Part shown: positions 36,873 through 46,666 of the stretch, piece after piece
How positions within the stretch are numbered: the first letter of the stretch is position 1
How the letters are laid out: each line of letters opens with the position of its first letter
Assembly: GCA_965248835.1 (NCBI GenBank)
Contig: CBDFLJ010000002.1
Span: 1,856,001-1,920,000, forward strand
Reading direction: 5' to 3'
DNA: 64,000 bases
Source: Alphaproteobacteria bacterium
GTDB taxonomy: Bacteria > Pseudomonadota > Alphaproteobacteria > MPNO01
Notes under the pieces: model-generated
Seen by the model: the letters and a program-made list of their open reading frames with translations, nothing else
What the model was told of the DNA's origin: nothing
Databases searched by the model: none
Made by a program: the position numbers and the translations under genes

Positions 36873-37787
36873 CTATCGCGGATCGACGAGGTCGCAGAGC
36901 CGCGCCTCGATCTCATCGAGCCCCGGCAACGCCTCCTGGGCGCCCACGCCGCGGCAGGCGAGGCCGCCTGCAACCGAGCCGTACCGCATCGCCTCGGCGA
37001 TATCCCCGCCGCGGGCGAGCACGGCGGCGAAAGCGCCGATAAAAGCATCGCCGGCGCCGGTGGTATCGCGGGGCTCGACCGGCAGCGCACCGACTTGGAC
37101 GACCGGACCGGCGCCGAAGGCCGCCGCACCCTGGGCGCCCAGGGTCACGACCACCGGCCGGCCGATTTCCCGGGCGAGCCGGCTTGCGGCCTCGTGCGGG
37201 CCGGCCGGTTCGATCCCCAGCGCTCCGGCGAGCATCCCAGCCTCGATCCGGTTGACCGCGAGCACATCGACCGCGCTGAGGAATTCACCCGACAGCGCGG
37301 CCGCCGGCGCGGCGTTCAGGACCACGCGAGCGCCCTTCGCACACGCGCGCCGGGCCAGCGCCGCGACCTCAACCGTCGGAACCTCGAGCTGCATGAGGAC
37401 GACGCCAGCAGCCTCGAGCATCGCATCGGGCACATCGCGCGCGCGGGCCTGCCGGTTGGCACCGCTGGCGACGATGATCTGGTTGTCGCCGCGCGCGTCC
37501 ACACCGACGGCAGCCAGCCCGGTCGGCGCGGCGGTGCGTCTTACCCCGCTCAGATCGACGCCGCCGGCCTGCAGCAGGGACAGCGCCGCCTCGGCGAAGC
37601 CGTCCCGGCCGACACAGCCGAACAGCGCGACATCGGCACCGCACCGCGCCGCGGCGAGCGCCTGGTTGGCCCCCTTGCCGCCCGGCGAAAGCGTGTAGCC
37701 CTCGCCCAGCACCGTCTCGCCCGGTCGCGGAAGCGCCGGGACGGCAAGCGCGATGTCGAGGTTGATCGAGCCGAAGACGACGATCAA
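36873..37787 (-). CDS. rbsK: Ribokinase (PfkB family)
   Basis: VFGSINLD, PGGKGANQA and DTTGAGDAF motifs. Confidence 0.85.
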   Translation of the reverse strand: MIVVFGSINLDIALAVPALPRPGETVLGEGYTLSPGGKGANQALAAARCGADVALFGCVGRDGFAEAALSLLQAGGVDLSGVRRTAAPTGLAAVGVDARGDNQIIVASGANRQARARDVPDAMLEAAGVVLMQLEVPTVEVAALARRACAKGARVVLNAAPAAALSGEFLSAVDVLAVNRIEAGMLAGALGIEPAGPHEAASRLAREIGRPVVVTLGAQGAAAFGAGPVVQVGALPVEPRDTTGAGDAFIGAFAAVLARGGDIAEAMRYGSVAGGLACRGVGAQEALPGLDEIEARLCDLVDPR

Positions 37788-37893
37788 GGCATCCTCCGCC
37801 GGCGCCCGCCCCCGCACCGGTTCCGGCGACAGGGCGCGCGTGTGGAAGCTATAGTATCGCCGATGCCGAAAGATAGCGGCGCGGGAGGCCGGG

Positions 37894-38694
37894 ATGATGG
37901 GCAGGTTGGCGCGCGCGGTGGCCGGAACGGCGGCATGGCTCGCGATCACAGCGATGCCGGGAACTGCTGCGGCGGACACTGAGCCGACCGGGCAGGAAAC
38001 CACCGGCAAGGTGATTCAGGGCGGCTTCAAGGCCAGCCGCGACAGGATGGTCGAGACCATCGTAACGGAGATCCGCCTGACCAGCGGATGGATCGGCAAG
38101 GCAAGCCTGGACCCGCGGATCATCGGAGTCATGTCGCGGGTGCCGCGCCACGCGTTCGTTCCGCCCGGGCTGGCCTCGCTTGCCTATCTCAACCGGCCGT
38201 TGCCGGTGGGCTTTGGCCAGACCGTCTCGCAGCCCTACATCGTCGCCCTGATGACCGACCTCGCCGCGATCGAGAAGGGCGACAACGTGCTGCTGCTGGG
38301 GATCGGCGGCGGCTATCACGCTGCGGTGCTCGTCGCGCTGGCGGGCCGGCTGAACATCGTCGACATTCAGCCCCGGGTCGCGGCCGCCGCGATGAACCGC
38401 CTGATTCGGCTGGGCTATGACGACAATGTCCGGCTGGCGAACCACGATCCCTATTTCGGCTGGCGCGGAGAGGACCGCGCGTTCGATGCGATCATCGTCC
38501 GCCAGGCAATCGATTACATCCCCGATGCGTTGATCCACCAGATCAAGACCGGCGGCCGGATCGTTGTTCCGGTGGGCACTTCGCAGGCCCGGCAGGAGCT
38601 GATCCTCGGCCGCAAGACGCCGGACGGACGGCTGATCGAACGCTCGATCATACCGGTGCGATTCACCCGTCTTCCCGGCGGCCCGAGGATTTAG
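37894..38694 (+). CDS. Protein-L-isoaspartate O-methyltransferase homolog with signal peptide
   Basis: RVPRHAFVP, GQTVSQPYIVALM and GGRIVVPVG motifs; degenerate SAM motif VLLLGIGGGY. Confidence 0.8.
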   Translation: MMGRLARAVAGTAAWLAITAMPGTAAADTEPTGQETTGKVIQGGFKASRDRMVETIVTEIRLTSGWIGKASLDPRIIGVMSRVPRHAFVPPGLASLAYLNRPLPVGFGQTVSQPYIVALMTDLAAIEKGDNVLLLGIGGGYHAAVLVALAGRLNIVDIQPRVAAAAMNRLIRLGYDDNVRLANHDPYFGWRGEDRAFDAIIVRQAIDYIPDALIHQIKTGGRIVVPVGTSQARQELILGRKTPDGRLIERSIIPVRFTRLPGGPRI

Positions 38695-38913
38695 AGCCTG
38701 TTTCTATCGGCGTATGGCGCTGCATCGACGCCCCGCCGATTCGCAACCGCGTAGCGTTCAAGTCGTTGAAATCCAAAAAAGACGAAGATAACATTTCGTT
38801 GAGCGGCGGCGCCTGATCGGTCTCATGAAGCCCGGCGGCGCGAGCCGCCAAGATCCGGCTATGGGGCCGCGTCAGAGAGCCTAGGTGTCAGGACGGGACA
38901 GGGGGCGTTCACG

Positions 38914-40155
38914 ATGCTGCTGCGTTGGGCATTTCACAAAGTCGTCACCGTCGGTGCGCTGTCGCTGACCGACGCGGACGGCAAGACCCATCACTTCGAG
39001 GGCGCGCCGGGACCGGCCTGCGCGGTCCGGCTGCACGACCGCCGGCTTCATACCAGCCTGGTCACCAACCCGTGGCTGCATGTCGGCGAGGCCTATATGG
39101 ACGGCACGCTGACCATCGAGCGGGGTACGCTCGGCGATTTCATCGCTTTCTGCTGCATCAATGCCCAGGCGGCCAGCGAAAACCCGGTCTTGCGGCTCTC
39201 CGAATGGCTGGCATACCGGATGCGCTGGATGCAGCAGCACAACCCCATCGGCCGGGCTCGGCGCAACGTCGCGCACCATTACAACCTCTCGGACACGCTC
39301 TACGACCTGTTCCTTGACAAGGACAGGCAGTATTCCTGCGCCTACTTCACCTCCGACGACGAGACGCTGGAGTCCGCGCAGCTCAACAAGAAGCGCCATC
39401 TGGCGGCCAAGCTGCAGCTCCAGCCGGGCCACAGAGTCCTGGATATCGGCTCTGGCTGGGGCGGGCTGGCGCTCTACCTCGCCGGGCTGGCGGAACTCGA
39501 TGTGACCGGGGTGACGCTGTCCGAAGAACAGCACCGCGTGTCGATGCGCCGCGCCGCCGATGCGCGGCTCGATGACCGCGTCCGTTTCCTGCTGCAGGAC
39601 TATCGCCACCAGACCGGACCCTACGACCGGATCGTCTCGGTCGGCATGTTCGAGCACGTCGGTGCCGGGCATTTCCGCGAGTTCTTCGCCAAGCTTCGCG
39701 AGCTTCTGGCCGAGGACGGGGTCGCCTTGCTGCACTCGATCGGCCGGATGGAGCCGCCGGGGGCCACCAGCGCGTGGCTGCGGAAATACATCTTCCCGGG
39801 CGGCTACACGCCGGCGATGTCCGAAGTGCTGGCCGCGATCGAGCGCGAGAAGCTCTACGTCACCGATATCGAGATCCTGAGGCTGCATTACGCCAAGACC
39901 CTGCGGCACTGGCACGAGCGGTTCCAGGCCAACCGCGAACGGGTGGCCGAGCTCTACGACGAACGGTTTTGCCGGATGTGGGAGTTCTACCTCAAGGGCT
40001 GCGAGATGGCGTTCAAGCACTGGAACCAGATGGTCTTCCAAATGCAGATCACCCGCGACCAGGCGGCCGTCCCGCTGACGCGCGACTACATCACCGATTG
40101 GGAGCGCGTCCAGCAGACCGAGGCGGGCGGACGGGCCGCCGATATAGCCGCCTGA
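38914..40155 (+). CDS. cfa: Cyclopropane-fatty-acyl-phospholipid synthase family
   Basis: NVAHHY, QYSCAYF, LDIGSGWG, SVGMFEHVG and YIFPGG motifs. Confidence 0.92.
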   Translation: MLLRWAFHKVVTVGALSLTDADGKTHHFEGAPGPACAVRLHDRRLHTSLVTNPWLHVGEAYMDGTLTIERGTLGDFIAFCCINAQAASENPVLRLSEWLAYRMRWMQQHNPIGRARRNVAHHYNLSDTLYDLFLDKDRQYSCAYFTSDDETLESAQLNKKRHLAAKLQLQPGHRVLDIGSGWGGLALYLAGLAELDVTGVTLSEEQHRVSMRRAADARLDDRVRFLLQDYRHQTGPYDRIVSVGMFEHVGAGHFREFFAKLRELLAEDGVALLHSIGRMEPPGATSAWLRKYIFPGGYTPAMSEVLAAIEREKLYVTDIEILRLHYAKTLRHWHERFQANRERVAELYDERFCRMWEFYLKGCEMAFKHWNQMVFQMQITRDQAAVPLTRDYITDWERVQQTEAGGRAADIAA

Positions 40156-40356
40156 CAAAGAGTTTCACCGGCGAAGCGCGGCAGGCTGAAGGTCCTTCCA
40201 GCGAATCGTTGTCGTTGTCACAATTTCCCCGTGATTCACATTCGGGCGGGCAGCGGGTGATCTTGTCCCCGCTTTCCTCAAGGATGCGCGCTTTTCATCC
40301 CTACCCCGGGCGGGCGGGCTGGACTACCGTCCCGGTTCGTTAAGGAAGGCAAAAAC

Positions 40357-41883
40357 GTGGCAGAGACCGCTCCGATCCTGCAGCCCGAGACGGAGACCGG
40401 GGGTTTCCGCAGCCCGCCGGCGAATGTCGAGGCGGAAATGGCCCTCTTGGGCGCGATCCTGATCAACAACCGCGCCTATGAGCGAGTCTCGGAGTTCCTG
40501 ACCCCGGAGCAGTTCGGCGAGGAATTCCACGGCCGCATCTACGAGGCGTGCGCGCGGATGATCGAACGTGGACAGCGCGCCGATCCGACCACGCTCAAGA
40601 ATTTCTTCGAATCCGAGGAGGCCTACCGCGCAGTCGGCGGCGCGCGCTATGTCGCCCGCCTTGCCGCAAGCGCGACCACGATCATCAACGCCTTGGACTA
40701 CGGACGTCTGGTCCACGACCTCCACTTGCGGCGCGAGCTGATCGGGCTGGGCACCGACGTGGTCAACGACGCCTATGTCGACGACCTCGAGGTCAGCGCC
40801 ACCGATCAGATCGAGACTGCCGAGCAGAAGCTCTACGACCTGGCGACGACCGGCGCATACGAGGGCGGCTTCCGGCACTTCAAGGTCGCGATGCAGAACG
40901 CGATCGAGATGGCCCAGGCGGCATATAAGCGCGAGGGCAGGATCGCCGGGCTGGCGACCGGGTTCAATAGCCTGGACCTGCTGCTCGGCGGGCTGCACAA
41001 ATCCGACCTCGTTATCCTGGCCGGCCGGCCGTCGATGGGAAAGACGGCGCTTGCGACCAACATCGCCTTCAACGTAGCCAAGTCGCTTACCCGGGAAGCA
41101 GGCGGCGACAAGGCGGGGCAACCCGCGATCGGGTTCTATTCGCTGGAGATGTCGGCCGAGCAGCTCGCCAACCGAATCCTCGCCGAGGACGCGCAGATCG
41201 CCTCCGACAAGATCCGCCGCGGCGAGCTCAACGCCCAGGAGTTCGACCGCCTGGTCCTGGCCAGCCAGCAGTTGGAGATGGCGGCGTTCTTCATCGACGA
41301 TACGCCGGCGCTCACCGTCTCGGCCTTGCGCACCAGGGCGCGCCGGCTGAAGCGCCAGCACGGGCTTGCCCTGATCGTGGTCGACTACCTGCAGCTCCTG
41401 CAGGGCAGCCCGGCCAAGCGCAATGACAGCCGGGTCCAGGAGATCTCCGAGATCACCCGCGGTCTGAAGACGCTGGCCAAGGAGCTCGACGTCCCGGTGC
41501 TGGCGCTTTCGCAGCTCTCGCGGGCGGTCGAGCAGCGCGAGGACAAGCGGCCCCAGCTCGCCGACCTCCGCGAGTCCGGGACGATCGAGCAGGACGCCGA
41601 TGTGGTCATGTTCATCTTTCGTGAGGAATACTATCTCGATCGGCTGGAGCCCAGCCGCCGCGCCGAGGAGACCGAGGACAAGTTCCTCGAACGCCATGGA
41701 AACTGGGAGGATCGCCTCAAGGATGCCCACGGCCTGGCCGAGGTGATCGTCGCCAAGCAGCGCCACGGTCCGACCGGCAGGGTCCCGCTCCGCTTCCAGG
41801 CCGAACTGACACGTTTCGAAAATCTGGAAGACCCATCGAGCGCGTATGGCGGGGACTGGACCGGCGAGGACGTGCCGTTCTGA
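40357..41883 (+). CDS. dnaB: Replicative DNA helicase
   Basis: GRPSMGKT, SLEMS, VDYLQL and DLRESGTIEQDAD motifs; no intein. Confidence 0.97.
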   Translation: MAETAPILQPETETGGFRSPPANVEAEMALLGAILINNRAYERVSEFLTPEQFGEEFHGRIYEACARMIERGQRADPTTLKNFFESEEAYRAVGGARYVARLAASATTIINALDYGRLVHDLHLRRELIGLGTDVVNDAYVDDLEVSATDQIETAEQKLYDLATTGAYEGGFRHFKVAMQNAIEMAQAAYKREGRIAGLATGFNSLDLLLGGLHKSDLVILAGRPSMGKTALATNIAFNVAKSLTREAGGDKAGQPAIGFYSLEMSAEQLANRILAEDAQIASDKIRRGELNAQEFDRLVLASQQLEMAAFFIDDTPALTVSALRTRARRLKRQHGLALIVVDYLQLLQGSPAKRNDSRVQEISEITRGLKTLAKELDVPVLALSQLSRAVEQREDKRPQLADLRESGTIEQDADVVMFIFREEYYLDRLEPSRRAEETEDKFLERHGNWEDRLKDAHGLAEVIVAKQRHGPTGRVPLRFQAELTRFENLEDPSSAYGGDWTGEDVPF

Positions 41884-41909
41884 GCGCCTGCGGCCACGAT
41901 CGGGCCCGG

Positions 41910-43007
41910 ATGATCGTCGATCTCGGCGCTATTGTTGCCAACTGGCACAGGCTGGCCGCGCGCGCTCCGGGCGCTGTCTGCGGCGCGGTGGTCAAGGCCG
42001 ATGCCTACGGCCTGGGTCTGGGTCCGGTCGGCCGTGCGCTGGCCTCCGCCGGCTGCAAGGTTTTTTTCGTCGCCAATACCGAAGAGGGCATGGCCCTGCG
42101 CGGCCACTTCGGCGACGTGCCCAACGAGCCCGGGATCTATTGCCTCGACGGTTATGTCGCCGGCGAGGAAGCGCTTTACGACCGGTCCGCCTTGACGCCG
42201 GTGCTCGGGACGCTCGAAGGCCTCGAGCGCTGGGCGCGGCACGGACGGGATCGCGGCGGGCGGGCTGCCGCCCTGATGCTCGATACCGGCATGACCCGGC
42301 TCGGCCTGGGTATCGACGACGTCGCGCTGCTCGCCCGCGAGCCGGCGCGCCTGGAGGGAATCACGCTCGCGGCGGTGATGAGCCACCTGGCTTGCGCCGA
42401 CGAGCCGGACAACCCGATGAACCGCGAACAGAAGCAGGCTTTCGACATGCTGCGGGCGCAGTTGCCGCCCGCTCCGGCCTCGCTGGCCAACTCGGCGGGC
42501 ATCTTCATGGGCGCGGACTTCCACTACGACCTGGTCCGGCCGGGTGCCGCGCTCTACGGCCTGGCGGTGACGCGGCGGCACGCCAACCCGATGGCGCCGA
42601 CCGTGCGGCTAGAGGCAAAAATCGTGCAATTTCGGTACGTTGACACCGATACGGCCGTTGGATACGGTGCGACCCGCCGCGTCATCGCCGGTCGCAGTCT
42701 GGCGACTGTGGCGATGGGTTATGCCGACGGGCTGGCCAGGTCCTTGTCCAACCGCGGCAGCGCGCGCATCGGTGACGTTCCAGTCCCGGTGGTTGGACGG
42801 GTGTCCATGGATCTGGTGACCTTCGACGTGACGGGAATCGCAGCCGGTCGGGTTCGCCCGGGCGACATGGTCGAGCTGATCGGCCCGCTGCACGATGCCG
42901 ATGCGATGGCCGCGGAGGCGGGGACGATCGGCTATGAGATCCTTTCCCGAATCGGACCGCGGGTGCGGCGCGTCTATCGCGGCGCCGAGGAGGCGGAGCC
43001 TGCATGA
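41910..43007 (+). CDS. alr: Alanine racemase
   Basis: VVKADAYGLG, DTGMTRLG, GYADG and GRVSMD motifs. Confidence 0.95.
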   Translation: MIVDLGAIVANWHRLAARAPGAVCGAVVKADAYGLGLGPVGRALASAGCKVFFVANTEEGMALRGHFGDVPNEPGIYCLDGYVAGEEALYDRSALTPVLGTLEGLERWARHGRDRGGRAAALMLDTGMTRLGLGIDDVALLAREPARLEGITLAAVMSHLACADEPDNPMNREQKQAFDMLRAQLPPAPASLANSAGIFMGADFHYDLVRPGAALYGLAVTRRHANPMAPTVRLEAKIVQFRYVDTDTAVGYGATRRVIAGRSLATVAMGYADGLARSLSNRGSARIGDVPVPVVGRVSMDLVTFDVTGIAAGRVRPGDMVELIGPLHDADAMAAEAGTIGYEILSRIGPRVRRVYRGAEEAEPA

Positions 43008-43777
43008 CGATGGTCGCATCGATCGGACGGGTGCTGCTGTCGTTCTTCGCAGCGACCGGAAGGCTGTCCATGTTCGCCGGCCAGGGCGTGATGCACTGCG
43101 TCCGCCCGCCGATCTATGCCCGGCTGATCGGCCGCCAGATGATCGAGGTCGGCTACTACTCGCTGCCGGTGGTCGGCATGACGGCCCTGTTCACCGGCAT
43201 GGTGCTCGCGCTGCAGAGCTACACCGGCTTCGCCCGGTTCAACGCCGAGAGCGCAATCGCGACGGTGGTCGTCCTGTCGATGACCCGAGAGCTCGCCCCG
43301 GTGCTTGCCGGTCTGATGGTGGCCGGGCGCATCGGTGCCGCGATGGCAGCCGAGATCGGCACCATGCGGGTGACCGAGCAGATCGATGCCCTGACCACGC
43401 TGTCCACCAACCCCTTCAAGTACCTGGTGGCGCCCAGGTTGCTCGCCGCTACGCTGACCTTGCCTTTGTGCGTGCTCATGGCCGATGCCATCGGAGTGTT
43501 TGGCGGCTATCTGATCAGCGTCCACAAGCTCGGTTTCAACCCCGCCGTCTACCTCAAGAGCACCTTCCAGTTCCTCGAGATCATCGATGTCGTGTCGGGC
43601 ATGATCAAAGCCGCCGTGTTCGGGTTCCTGATCGCCTTGATGGGCTGCTACCACGGCTACCATTCGCGCGGCGGGGCGCAAGGCGTAGGGGCCGCGACCA
43701 CCAATGCGGTCGTGTCGTCTTCGGTGCTCATCCTTGGATTCAACTACCTGATCACCGAAGCCTTTTTCGCCCGATGA
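43004..43777 (+). CDS. mlaE: MlaE family ABC permease
   Basis: RELAPV and EIGTMRVTEQIDAL motifs. Confidence 0.92.
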   Translation: MTMVASIGRVLLSFFAATGRLSMFAGQGVMHCVRPPIYARLIGRQMIEVGYYSLPVVGMTALFTGMVLALQSYTGFARFNAESAIATVVVLSMTRELAPVLAGLMVAGRIGAAMAAEIGTMRVTEQIDALTTLSTNPFKYLVAPRLLAATLTLPLCVLMADAIGVFGGYLISVHKLGFNPAVYLKSTFQFLEIIDVVSGMIKAAVFGFLIALMGCYHGYHSRGGAQGVGAATTNAVVSSSVLILGFNYLITEAFFAR

Positions 43778-44592
43778 ACGGTACCGCAGGGCCGCAGATG
43801 ACGGTCGCACAAGCCAAGACCGCCGATCCGATGATCCGGGTGCGCCGGTTGCGCAAGGCATTCGGCAACAAGCTCGTGCTGGACGATCTCGACCTCGATA
43901 TCTACCGTGGCGAGAGCTTGGTCGTCATCGGCGGCTCGGGCACCGGAAAGTCGGTGCTGATGAAGAATATCATCGGCGTCATGCAGCCCGATTCCGGCAG
44001 CATCGTCATCGACGGCACCGAAACGGTGGGCGCGTCCACCGCTGTCGGCGACTCGGTCAGGGCGAAGTTCGGCATGCTGTTCCAGGGCGCGGCGCTGTTC
44101 GATTCGATGTCGGTCTGGGAGAACGTAGCCTTCAGCCTGCTCCAGAACCACCACCTGCCCAAGCGCCGCGCCCGCGAGATGGCCATCGACAAGCTCGCCC
44201 AGGTCGGGCTCGGGCGCGCGCTTGCCGACCGCTCGCCCGCTGAGCTGTCCGGCGGCATGCAGAAGCGCGTCGGCCTTGCCCGTGCGATCGCGACCGAGCC
44301 GGCGATCCTGTTCTTCGACGAGCCGACGACCGGGCTGGACCCGATCATGGGCGATGTGATCAACGAGCTGATCCTCAAATGCGTGCGCGGGCTTGGCGCG
44401 ACCGCGCTCACCATCACCCACGACATGTCGAGCGCGCGCAAGATCGCCGATCGCATCGCGATGATCCATTGCGGCAAGACCGTTTGGGCCGGCCCCGTGT
44501 CCGCCGTCGATGACAGCGGCAACGCGGTCGTCGACCAGTTCATCCACGGGCGCACCGAAGGCCCGATCCAGCCGGCGGCAAATGCCTCCTGA
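43774..44592 (+). CDS. mlaF: MlaF family ABC ATPase
   Basis: GGSGTGKS, LSGGMQKRV and DEPTTGLDP motifs. Confidence 0.92.
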   Translation: MNGTAGPQMTVAQAKTADPMIRVRRLRKAFGNKLVLDDLDLDIYRGESLVVIGGSGTGKSVLMKNIIGVMQPDSGSIVIDGTETVGASTAVGDSVRAKFGMLFQGAALFDSMSVWENVAFSLLQNHHLPKRRAREMAIDKLAQVGLGRALADRSPAELSGGMQKRVGLARAIATEPAILFFDEPTTGLDPIMGDVINELILKCVRGLGATALTITHDMSSARKIADRIAMIHCGKTVWAGPVSAVDDSGNAVVDQFIHGRTEGPIQPAANAS

Positions 44593-44603
44593 AGCCGCCT
44601 GAG

Positions 44604-46010
44604 ATGGCCAGGACAGCCGCCCGGTTCGTCTGTCAAAGCTGCGGCAGCGCCTTCGCGAAGTGGAGCGGCCGGTGCGAGGGCTGCGGCGAATGGAACACGA
44701 TCACCGAGGAGGCGCAGCGGACAAGCGCGCCCAAGGGGCTGGATGCCGGCCGGGGCGCCGCGCTCGACTTCGTCCCGCTGGCCGGTGGCGAGGCTCCGGC
44801 CGCACGGCTGGAGAGCGGAATCACCGAATTCGACCGGGTCAGCGGCGGCGGTCTGGTCCAGGGCTCGGCGCTCCTGGTCGGCGGCGACCCGGGGATCGGC
44901 AAATCGACGCTGATGCTCCAGGTCGCCGGCCGTTTCGCCGGCGCGATGACGGTGGCCTATATCTCCGGCGAGGAGGCGATCGATCAGATCCGGCTGCGCG
45001 CCGCAAGGCTGGGCCTGGCCGAGGCCCCGGTGCGCCTCGCCGCGGCGACCAGCGTCCGTGACATCATCACCTCCCTCGACCGCGCCGATGCCCCGGCCGT
45101 GGTGGTCGTGGATTCGATCCAGACCATGTACCTCGACAATTTAGATTCGGCGCCCGGCACGGTCGCTCAGGTGCGCGCCAGCGCGCAGGAGCTGATCGGC
45201 TTGGCCAAGCGGCGGGGGTTCTGCGTGATCCTGGTCGGCCACGTCACCAAGGAGGGCACCATCGCCGGACCGCGGGTGCTTGAGCACATGGTCGATACCG
45301 TGCTCTATTTCGAGGGCGAGCGCGGCCATCAGTTCCGGTTGCTGCGCGCTATCAAGAACCGGTTCGGCCCGACCGACGAGATCGGCGTCTTCGCGATGAC
45401 GGATCGCGGGCTGATGGAGGTCCCGAACCCGTCTGCGCTGTTCCTCGCCGACCGGAGGGGCAACGTCTCCGGCGCCAGCGTCTTCGCAGGCATCGAGGGC
45501 ACGCGCCCGGTCCTGGTCGAGATCCAGGCCCTGGTCGCCCCATCCCGGCTGGCGACGCCGCGCCGGGCGGTGGTGGGCTGGGATTCGGCCAGGCTCGCGA
45601 TGATCCTGGCGGTGCTCGAGGCACGCTGCGGCGTCGCGCTGGCCGGCCGGGACGTCTATCTCAACGTCGCCGGGGGCTTGCGCATCGGCGAGCCGGCTGC
45701 CGACCTCGCGGTGGCCGGGGCGCTGCTGTCGGCGGCCTCGGACTGCCCGGCACCGGAGGATGCGGTCGTGTTCGGCGAGATCGGCCTGGGCGGCGAGGTG
45801 CGCGGGGTCAGCCAGCCGGCACAGCGGCTGCGCGAGGCGGCCAAGCTCGGCTTCGCACGCGCGATCGCCCCGCCGCAGTCCGACGCCGAGCAATCGGCAG
45901 GAACCGGCATCATGCTCACCGAGATCGCACATTTGAGGCAGCTCGTCGCCATGTTCCCGTGGCAGAATGCGCACGGGGCGGAGGAGCGGCTGTCAATGGA
46001 GTCAGTCTGA
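44604..46010 (+). CDS. radA: DNA repair protein RadA/Sms
   Basis: C4 zinc finger; GDPGIGKS and KNRFG motifs. Confidence 0.96.
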   Translation: MARTAARFVCQSCGSAFAKWSGRCEGCGEWNTITEEAQRTSAPKGLDAGRGAALDFVPLAGGEAPAARLESGITEFDRVSGGGLVQGSALLVGGDPGIGKSTLMLQVAGRFAGAMTVAYISGEEAIDQIRLRAARLGLAEAPVRLAAATSVRDIITSLDRADAPAVVVVDSIQTMYLDNLDSAPGTVAQVRASAQELIGLAKRRGFCVILVGHVTKEGTIAGPRVLEHMVDTVLYFEGERGHQFRLLRAIKNRFGPTDEIGVFAMTDRGLMEVPNPSALFLADRRGNVSGASVFAGIEGTRPVLVEIQALVAPSRLATPRRAVVGWDSARLAMILAVLEARCGVALAGRDVYLNVAGGLRIGEPAADLAVAGALLSAASDCPAPEDAVVFGEIGLGGEVRGVSQPAQRLREAAKLGFARAIAPPQSDAEQSAGTGIMLTEIAHLRQLVAMFPWQNAHGAEERLSMESV

Positions 46011-46011
46011 G

Positions 46012-46656
46012 ATGTCGGCGTTCGACTTGGTCGTCATCGCCGTGATCGTATTCGCCGCGCTGATCGGACTTTGGCTCGGCGTGGTCCGCGTGCTGTTGGG
46101 TATCGGCGGCTGGATCGGGGCGGCGGTGATCACCGTTTACGGCTTCCCCTTCGCCCGGCCGCTGGCGCGGGACTTCATCGAAGGCGCTTTCCTGTCCGAC
46201 CTCGCTGCTGCCGGCGCGATCTTCATCGTAAGCCTGGTGCTGCTGACCATATTGAGCCACGTGATCGCCGAGCGGGTGCGCGGCAGCGCATTCGGCGCGG
46301 TCGACCGTTCGGTCGGGCTGGTCGTCGGCCTGTCGCTGGGGATCCTGGTCTCCTCCGCCGGGTTCCTCGTCGTGGAGCGGGTCCTCAACGAAGGCAAGCA
46401 GCCGGCCTGGGTGAAGAACGCCAAGACCGCGCCGGTGCTGGCCTGGTCGGCACGGAAGATCCTGTCCGCCGTGCCCAGAGAATGGCGCGAGGCGGCCGGC
46501 GCGTCGCACCCGAACCAGCCGTCCTCGGCCGAGACCAGCAAGGCGGTGGAGAAGCTTATGACGCCGACCCCACCGGTCAGCCCGCCCAAGGCAAAAACCG
46601 GTTACGGCAAGTCCGAGCGCCGCGAGATGGACCGGCTGTTCAATGCCAACCAATAG
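46012..46656 (+). CDS. cvpA: CvpA family membrane protein
   Basis: TM profile; DRSVG motif; located between radA and purF. Confidence 0.88.
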   Translation: MSAFDLVVIAVIVFAALIGLWLGVVRVLLGIGGWIGAAVITVYGFPFARPLARDFIEGAFLSDLAAAGAIFIVSLVLLTILSHVIAERVRGSAFGAVDRSVGLVVGLSLGILVSSAGFLVVERVLNEGKQPAWVKNAKTAPVLAWSARKILSAVPREWREAAGASHPNQPSSAETSKAVEKLMTPTPPVSPPKAKTGYGKSERREMDRLFNANQ

Positions 46657-46666
46657 GTCTCCCCGA

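Noticed and set aside
40357-41883. Intein in DnaB
   Set aside because: Normal length; helicase motifs are contiguous.
43004-44592. mlaEF lacking mlaD/mlaC as unusual
   Set aside because: A split mla arrangement next to alr and radA is ordinary for alphaproteobacteria.
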